Source: a virus. Taken from it: DNA of 64,000 nt. The notes below the pieces were generated by a model. That model had not been told where the DNA came from. It saw only the letters and a program-made list of their open reading frames with translations, and ran no database searches. Of this stretch, positions 58,635-64,000 are shown piece after piece (position 1 is the first letter of the stretch; the number at the start of each line of letters is the position of its first letter). Location of the stretch: positions 32,001-96,000 of the IMG/VR virus record IMGVR_UViG_3300014913_000007, one strand, 5' to 3'. The position numbers and the translations under genes were made by a program.

Positions 58635-58707
58635 GCTCGAATAGTATAAGTGGGCAATACACTGGTTTTGTAATCCAGAATTTTCGGATCGTGGCCGAAT
58701 TCGAGCT
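58635..58707 (+). tRNA. tRNA-Thr(TGT)
   Basis: loop TTTGTAA; atypical T-loop; no CCA. Confidence 0.75.
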
Positions 58708-58748
58708 AATTATTTGACATTACTTAGTATTTATAATATAATAGTTAA

Positions 58749-59117
58749 ATGTCCAAACTTAAAGTCTGTAAACAATGTGGAAAAACTTTCCCCAAATCAG
58801 GTATGTACTTAGGTAAGTGAAGGAACTTCTGTAATAGGAGTTACTTTCTTTTATGCTCCTCAACTAGGTTGGCCAGACAGTATTTACTGGAGAAACATGG
58901 AAACAAGTGTTTTCAATGTGAAGTAACCGGATGGAATGGACGGCCAGGACCTGTAGTTTTAGATCATATAAATGGAAACCCTTATGATCATAGTTTAGAA
59001 AATATTAGATTGCTCTGTTGTAATTGTGATGCACAAACTAATACATATAAAAACAAAAATAAAGGTAAAGGCAGGCACACTAGGAGATTACGATACAAAC
59101 AAGGTAAAAGCTACTAA
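58749..59117 (+). pseudogene. HNH endonuclease with in-frame TGA
   Basis: ATG 58749 is in frame with the HNH part (LDHING..LCCNC); TGA at 58818-58820. Confidence 0.65.
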
Positions 59118-59148
59118 TAGCTAACTCAACTCTCAGCTTCAGCTCCAT

Positions 59149-59454
59149 TTATTTTGGTAATAAAGTCTCAACGAGTACATGATAATCTCCGAATATAATA
59201 CATGTACCATAGTCATTAATAGAAAACTGACCAAAATTAGGTGATATACCTTCCACACTCTCCTTAAAATAACTAAAGGGTACTTCAAGCAAGGAACTAT
59301 TTCCCATACATAATACAACCTCTTCAGTGTTTACATCTATAAACCCACTTATTACATGCTTCTCTGGGTTATCTTTCTTTAATACTTTAGTTATATTATT
59401 AGGATCTAATTTTGCTCTTCTACTAATCATATGTTCCTCACTCAATGTATTCAT
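59149..59454 (-). CDS. DUF2442-like hypothetical protein
   Basis: VPFSYF..I.DYG..I.FG pattern. Confidence 0.45.
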   Translation of the reverse strand: MNTLSEEHMISRRAKLDPNNITKVLKKDNPEKHVISGFIDVNTEEVVLCMGNSSLLEVPFSYFKESVEGISPNFGQFSINDYGTCIIFGDYHVLVETLLPK

Positions 59455-59555
59455 TAGTTATTACAAAATAAGCTAGTAATATATTAATACATAATTTAAA
59501 GATAAATGTCAAGTTACCATGTATTATATGTACCATAGTGTACTATAATATAAGT

Positions 59556-59918
59556 ATGGATATATTCCAATTAATCAAACAATGCTTAGAAACAGCTGAG
59601 GATACACCACATTTAAGCGTACTGGACGATTACATGCTATCTTATACCCTGGACCCAGATGATGAAGATCTAGCCACAGCGAGAGAATATGACCTTGATC
59701 GAGTAACTTATAAAGGATTAATAGAAGGTGAACAAATATTTATAGGACCAGATAGACAACCTATAGCACTTAAAGAGTCTGAATATAAAAAGAAATGGGT
59801 GATGATTTCAACTACTAAATTAAAAGGACAAATATTACTTGCTGAATATGAAAAGCTAATCCAGCAAGTTTATAATCAGTTACCTGAAGCTTTGAAAGAT
59901 AAAGTCTTTATTAAATAA
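59556..59918 (+). CDS. hypothetical protein
   Basis: ORF; start taken at ATG 59556. Confidence 0.55.
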   Translation: MDIFQLIKQCLETAEDTPHLSVLDDYMLSYTLDPDDEDLATAREYDLDRVTYKGLIEGEQIFIGPDRQPIALKESEYKKKWVMISTTKLKGQILLAEYEKLIQQVYNQLPEALKDKVFIK

Positions 59919-59920
59919 TA

Positions 59921-60250
59921 CTAAAAAGCAAAGCATTCAAAATAAAATGCTGAATCAGATGGGGAGGAACTTATTCTTCTAGTACCTACTCTAATAGTAT
60001 TAATATCTGAACTATTAGTTAATTCTCTCCAACCAGTTACAGAACCATTGGAACTTTGCTGCTGATCTTCAAAAGATCTAAACTGTGTTTCAGGATCATT
60101 TCCTACATTACCCGTGAACATTCTTATAAGTTGCACTCTTTTACCAAAATTATGATTAAAATAATATTGAATTTCCGAAGTAGAGGTACTCCTGGTTAAT
60201 ACCTCAGATTGATAATGTAAAACATTACTTTCATTTGTTAATCTAATCAT
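59921..60250 (-). CDS. hypothetical (possibly virion) protein
   Basis: GAGG RBS. Confidence 0.55.
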   Translation of the reverse strand: MIRLTNESNVLHYQSEVLTRSTSTSEIQYYFNHNFGKRVQLIRMFTGNVGNDPETQFRSFEDQQQSSNGSVTGWRELTNSSDINTIRVGTRRISSSPSDSAFYFECFAF

Positions 60251-60321
60251 AATATAATTCCTCGTATTTATTATCTATTCTTTATATATATAGTATAGAA
60301 GTAATATTTTTAATATAATAT

Positions 60322-60350
60322 TTGACATTAATTTTTATTTGTACTATGAT
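60322..60350 (+). promoter_or_regulatory. promoter of tRNA array D
   Basis: TTGACA-N17-TATGAT. Confidence 0.75.
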
Positions 60351-60359
60351 CTATTTGTT

Positions 60360-60446
60360 ATGTTAATATCAACTCTAAAACATATACTATTCGATATAAA
60401 GCGGTTCCATAACCGCCATAAAAGACGCTTTGCGTCTACAATATAA
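60360..60446 (+). CDS. leader peptide D (MLISTLKHILFDIKRFHNRHKRRFASTI)
   Basis: K/H/R/D-rich, matching array D. Confidence 0.75.
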   Translation: MLISTLKHILFDIKRFHNRHKRRFASTI

Positions 60447-60494
60447 TCAAACAAACAATTCAATTAGGGTAGAAGTAATTAAGTAAATAAATTT

Positions 60495-60563
60495 GGCTGT
60501 ATAGGTTAATGGTAGACTAGGAGACTGTCGATCTCTTTGCCGGGTTCGATTCCCGTACAGCCG
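60495..60563 (+). tRNA. tRNA-Asp(GTC)
   Basis: loop CTGTCGA, G73; short T stem. Confidence 0.8.
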
Positions 60564-60570
60564 TTCTTTT

Positions 60571-60642
60571 AGGGAGATAGCTCAATGGTTGGAGCACTCG
60601 GCTCGTATCCGAATGGTTACGGGTTCAAGTCCGGCCTCCCTA
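60571..60642 (+). tRNA. degenerate tRNA, anticodon CGT (Thr) on an Ile/Met-like body
   Basis: loop CTCGTAT; mismatches in acceptor, anticodon and T stems. Confidence 0.5.
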
Positions 60643-60743
60643 CTTTTTAAAGTAAACTATTCTTTACATTATACCAACTTAATGTATAGAATACTAGACA
60701 TTATCTGCTATACTGTCTAAGATTCTATACATTATAGCATTTT

Positions 60744-60817
60744 GCTGCAGTAGTCTAACTGGATAGGCATCTCGCTTCTAACGAGACAATATGAAGGTTC
60801 GAGTCCTTCCTGCAGTG
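60744..60817 (+). tRNA. tRNA-Arg(TCT)
   Basis: loop CTTCTAA; no CCA. Confidence 0.9.
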
Positions 60818-60825
60818 CTTTATAT

Positions 60826-60899
60826 GGTGACCATAACTTAACTGGTTAAAGTGCCTGACTGTGAATCAGGTGATTCGGGTTCAAATCCCGATGGTCACA
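60826..60899 (+). tRNA. tRNA-His(GTG)
   Basis: loop CTGTGAA, encoded G-1; no CCA. Confidence 0.9.
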
Positions 60900-60905
60900 C
60901 CCTTT

Positions 60906-60981
60906 GCCCTGGTAGTATAATCAGATAAAACACTCAGCTACGAACTGAGAGATGAAGGTGCAAGTCCTTCCTAGGGTGCCA
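60906..60981 (+). tRNA. tRNA-Arg(ACG)
   Basis: loop CTACGAA, CCA. Confidence 0.85.
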
Positions 60982-60986
60982 ATTAT

Positions 60987-61057
60987 TCCCTCTTAATGTA
61001 ACGGTAGCATACCTGGCTTTTAACCAGTTTGTGGGAGTTCAAATCTCTCAGGGGGAA
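60987..61057 (+). tRNA. tRNA-Lys(TTT)
   Basis: loop CTTTTAA; no CCA. Confidence 0.85.
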
Positions 61058-61095
61058 CTTTTTCAATTTCTAAGTATTAACTAAGTGCTATACAC

Positions 61096-61308
61096 TTACT
61101 GACTTCCCCACTGTGCAAAACCTGTGGGAGAGTTATAAATTGTAGGTTCTTTGGTAATATCTTCGGATACACTAAAACTATCAGGATATCTTCTCAACAA
61201 AATTTCTCTCGCCTGTTCAACGCTCTCTGCCAAAGCGAACATTATTCCTGCTTTCCAGTCCCAGAGAACATCTTCCCATACGTATAGTTTTAGGTTTTTA
61301 TTCTTCAT
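61096..61308 (-). CDS. hypothetical phage protein
   Basis: LKLYVW..FALAESVEQAR. Confidence 0.6.
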   Translation of the reverse strand: MKNKNLKLYVWEDVLWDWKAGIMFALAESVEQAREILLRRYPDSFSVSEDITKEPTIYNSPTGFAQWGSQ

Positions 61309-61729
61309 CTGACCATTTACCAGTTAGTTTAAAGTGCATTAGTTCACCAGTAAGCTCACTGCTACCACATAGAACTGGTACTCCAAGTTCTACACAGAGT
61401 TCTACTTCTTCACGCATACCTCCAGATACCTTATCACCGTAAAGCCAAAGCTCGTCAAAGCCTCCTCGTCTAAACATTGCCTTGTTTGCTTCTATTCCCA
61501 ATCTTCTCTCTTCTGGAATGTTATCATCTAAATAAAGAAGTGGGACTATGTAGGGAGCTAATGGGATAATATTTGGAGAATTTTTATGTATTTCCTCACA
61601 TATATCTTTTACACGATCAATATTACCAGAAATATCTCCAGACACCGGATGAGCTATATAAACCATTAGTTTCTCTTTTTTTGTCTCTTTAACTTCTGTT
61701 TTACCAAACATTTTAGGCTCCCATAGCAT
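61298..61729 (-). CDS. DUF4406-like / nucleoside-transferase-fold protein
   Basis: VYIAHP, DELWLYG..SGGMREE. Confidence 0.65.
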   Translation of the reverse strand: MLWEPKMFGKTEVKETKKEKLMVYIAHPVSGDISGNIDRVKDICEEIHKNSPNIIPLAPYIVPLLYLDDNIPEERRLGIEANKAMFRRGGFDELWLYGDKVSGGMREEVELCVELGVPVLCGSSELTGELMHFKLTGKWSDEE

Positions 61730-61863
61730 GTAAAAAGTAAGTTACACAAAAGATTATAACAGCAATATCAAGTACTATCATTGCAAAATTATGTAAAAAT
61801 TTTCTCCAAAATCCTGCTAAATCTATAACAAAGCTAGCAGATATTTTTAATAGTAATCCTAAT

Positions 61864-62094
61864 TTATACATTCTTCTTCTCCTTGGCTTTGGCCTCTAAA
61901 ACTTTAAATTCCCTATACTGAGTATCTAATATCTTTAATAAATCAAAATCGTTAAGGAAAAATAGATCAGGTACTTTAGAGTCACAGTCTATATCAGTCA
62001 ATAACTGTCCAAACCTTTTATCAGGTCGTTGTCTCCATACCTCTCTCACTGTTGCAAGAACTAGGTCTATTCTTTCGAAGTCTTCATTAGGCAT
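61864..62094 (-). CDS. small protein, tandem paralog of 62067-62270
   Basis: ERID.VL..W...PD.RFGQ. Confidence 0.65.
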   Translation of the reverse strand: MPNEDFERIDLVLATVREVWRQRPDKRFGQLLTDIDCDSKVPDLFFLNDFDLLKILDTQYREFKVLEAKAKEKKNV

Positions 62095-62270
62095 TCTAAA
62101 ATCTCCAACAATTTTGAATCTTCAAAGTAAAATACTTCAGGTGCTATTAAGTTCTTCTTCTTCTGTCTCATTAAATTTATAAGTATCTGACCCAACCTCA
62201 AATCTGGCTGAGATTTCCAACGTTCCTCTAACAAGCTTAGTATTTTATCTATTCTTTCTGGATCTCTCAT
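62067..62270 (-). CDS. small phage protein (MRDP.RI..W...PDLRLGQ type)
   Basis: motif. Confidence 0.7.
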   Translation of the reverse strand: MRDPERIDKILSLLEERWKSQPDLRLGQILINLMRQKKKNLIAPEVFYFEDSKLLEILECLMKTSKE

Positions 62271-62704
62271 TTACCTGTACTCCCAAAGCCTGCGGACCCT
62301 CTAATAGATTCATCTAACTTATCTACTTCTAAAAGTAGAATCTTACCTGTATTATCCTTCCTTAAAACTAATTGGGCTATTTTATCTCCCCTGTTTATTT
62401 TAAAGAAGGGTAGTTTATTGCTTGCTTTATTGCATTTTAGCCTTACAAAAATTTCTCCGCGATAATTTGGATCAAGTACTCCGGCCATCACATGTGCATA
62501 CTTAGATACAGAAGATCTATCAATGATTTGAAACCAATAACCAGTAGGAGGTTGTATAGCTATACCCGTAGGTACTAGAGTCACGTCACCCGGAACCATA
62601 TCTATATTTGCGTCTGCATAAATATCAATTCCAAGGTCTCCAGGTCTGGGTGGTTTAATCTTATTTAGTGGTTTATTTAAGTACTTAACTTTGGTTACAA
62701 ACAT
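62267..62704 (-). CDS. dut: trimeric dUTPase
   Basis: RSS, GVLDPNYRGE, GDKIAQL, RGSAGFGSTG. Confidence 0.95.
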   Translation of the reverse strand: MFVTKVKYLNKPLNKIKPPRPGDLGIDIYADANIDMVPGDVTLVPTGIAIQPPTGYWFQIIDRSSVSKYAHVMAGVLDPNYRGEIFVRLKCNKASNKLPFFKINRGDKIAQLVLRKDNTGKILLLEVDKLDESIRGSAGFGSTGK

Positions 62705-62710
62705 ATTTAA

Positions 62711-63103
62711 TTAAGCATCCTTTAAAGTTATTATAGACCCTTTTCCTATTTTATTAGTGTCACAGAAATCCTTACGAAGTTCTACTGCTACTGTGTAAAC
62801 TCCATACATTGGAAATACTATTTTTGCACTGTTCTTGTTCATATCTACACTTTCCATAACCACTCCCTGCTGAACATCTTCAGTGTCTATCATGTTGAGT
62901 AGATATAGAACTCTTAAATCATAAGGTACTCCAGTATTTTCAAATTGAAGTTTCATTGCTGTATCATATTGAAACATGTAACCCTCATTACTTGATAAGG
63001 TGTTTCCAGATGCTCTTGCTCCCTCTCTATACTCATCTGAAGTTTCTACTTTATTTAGCATTATAGGTATTCCATCTATTATAGCTTTTTGTTTTAACAT
63101 CAC
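62711..63103 (-). CDS. DUF192-like protein
   Basis: EGYMF..NT..DL..L..AVEL pattern. Confidence 0.55.
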   Translation of the reverse strand: MMLKQKAIIDGIPIMLNKVETSDEYREGARASGNTLSSNEGYMFQYDTAMKLQFENTGVPYDLRVLYLLNMIDTEDVQQGVVMESVDMNKNSAKIVFPMYGVYTVAVELRKDFCDTNKIGKGSIITLKDA

Positions 63104-63549
63104 ACTTCCAATTTAAAATTTAAGAAATCTTTTAAGGCTTCCAAGTTCTGTCTAGCTTGAGAATTTCTATTATCATATGTTTCTGCTATTTGTTTAGTTC
63201 TTATAATCTGAGATTTAGAAAAATTAACAATATTCATTAAAAAATTTAATTCATGAAAACTAAATTCCTTCTTAGAAAATCCTCCCTCTCTAGAATTTTT
63301 AACTGCCTCGGAAAGCATTTTAAGAGCTTCGTCCAACATGTCTTCATTTTGGAAGGCTAACTTTTTCTCATTCTCTACTGCTTCTTCTGCTACTTCCTCT
63401 ACTATTGGAGTTTTTGTAACAGACTTTCCAGGTTTTATTGTTTGTCCTTTAGCAGTAATCTCTGGCTTTGGTTCCTGAGGTTCTGGATTTACTCCAGCTT
63501 TATTTATTTTACCTTCAGTAATTGTTTTTGAAGCTTTTTTCTTAGGCAT
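63100..63549 (-). CDS. hypothetical protein
   Basis: ORF. Confidence 0.6.
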   Translation of the reverse strand: MPKKKASKTITEGKINKAGVNPEPQEPKPEITAKGQTIKPGKSVTKTPIVEEVAEEAVENEKKLAFQNEDMLDEALKMLSEAVKNSREGGFSKKEFSFHELNFLMNIVNFSKSQIIRTKQIAETYDNRNSQARQNLEALKDFLNFKLEV

Positions 63550-63899
63550 TACTTACGTCTCCTATTTTTCCTATTATTCCTATCCCTTCTACATTTTTCC
63601 TTTCGTACAAAGATATACAAGTCTTTTAAGTCAGGAAAGTCTCTAAGGATACTGCTAAAATTTTTATCTACATATTTCTCTAAGGTAATATCAAAATTAC
63701 CACTATCCACTATTCTATCTAAAACTTTATGGTAAATAGTTTCATTTTTACTCAGAAGTAGTCTTTCAGACATCTCAGCTACGAAGTCTTCTTTTTTAAT
63801 AAACTCCCTAGGAGTTTTTGGCTTAGTAGCCTCTTCTGCTAACTCTTCTGCTGTTTCTGCTGTTTCTTGTACACCTAAACTGGCTGATTTTTCCTGCAT
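63549..63899 (-). CDS. hypothetical protein
   Basis: GGAG RBS. Confidence 0.6.
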   Translation of the reverse strand: MQEKSASLGVQETAETAEELAEEATKPKTPREFIKKEDFVAEMSERLLLSKNETIYHKVLDRIVDSGNFDITLEKYVDKNFSSILRDFPDLKDLYIFVRKEKCRRDRNNRKNRRRK

Positions 63900-64000
63900 T
63901 ATATCTTACTCCATAAGTTACATTTATTATTTTTATTTATAGGTATAGGCATTCTATAGTTATTAGAATAATTATACCCCTTATTACACGTCTGTGTCAA

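Noticed and set aside
58818-58820. TGA read-through or selenocysteine in the HNH gene
   Set aside because: No tRNA-Sec or suppressor seen; a decaying homing endonuclease is simpler

Overview
AT-rich, gene-dense fragment of a large (jumbo-type) phage using the standard genetic code. It probably infects a Gram-negative host (LpxR, lytic transglycosylase, sigma28/FliA-type promoters). No integrase, CRISPR array or rRNA was seen. It encodes nucleotide metabolism (class II RNR, ThyX, dUTPase, deaminase, MazG-like), a sigma factor, ClpP plus a Clp ATPase, homing endonucleases, a hybrid histidine kinase plus a REC-HPt protein, and dispersed virion fibre-like genes. It also carries a large translation-maintenance set: ribosomal protein S2, RtcB, a DRB0094-type RNA ligase, a CCA-adding enzyme, two further nucleotidyltransferases, an RlmN-like enzyme, a GGQ release-factor-like protein and about 25 tRNAs in four arrays. 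Main observation: each tRNA array is preceded by a near-identical sigma70-type promoter and an unannotated 26-39 codon leader ORF. The 3' half of each leader is built largely from the amino acids of the tRNAs in its own array: M/F/W/V/N/P/A/Q/I, L/C/Y/E, G/T and D/R/H/K. This suggests a leader-peptide (attenuation-like) system that senses shortage of specific tRNAs and induces the matching phage tRNA operon. The sequence pattern is directly visible; the mechanism is inference. All family calls come from motif recognition by eye, not from database searches.
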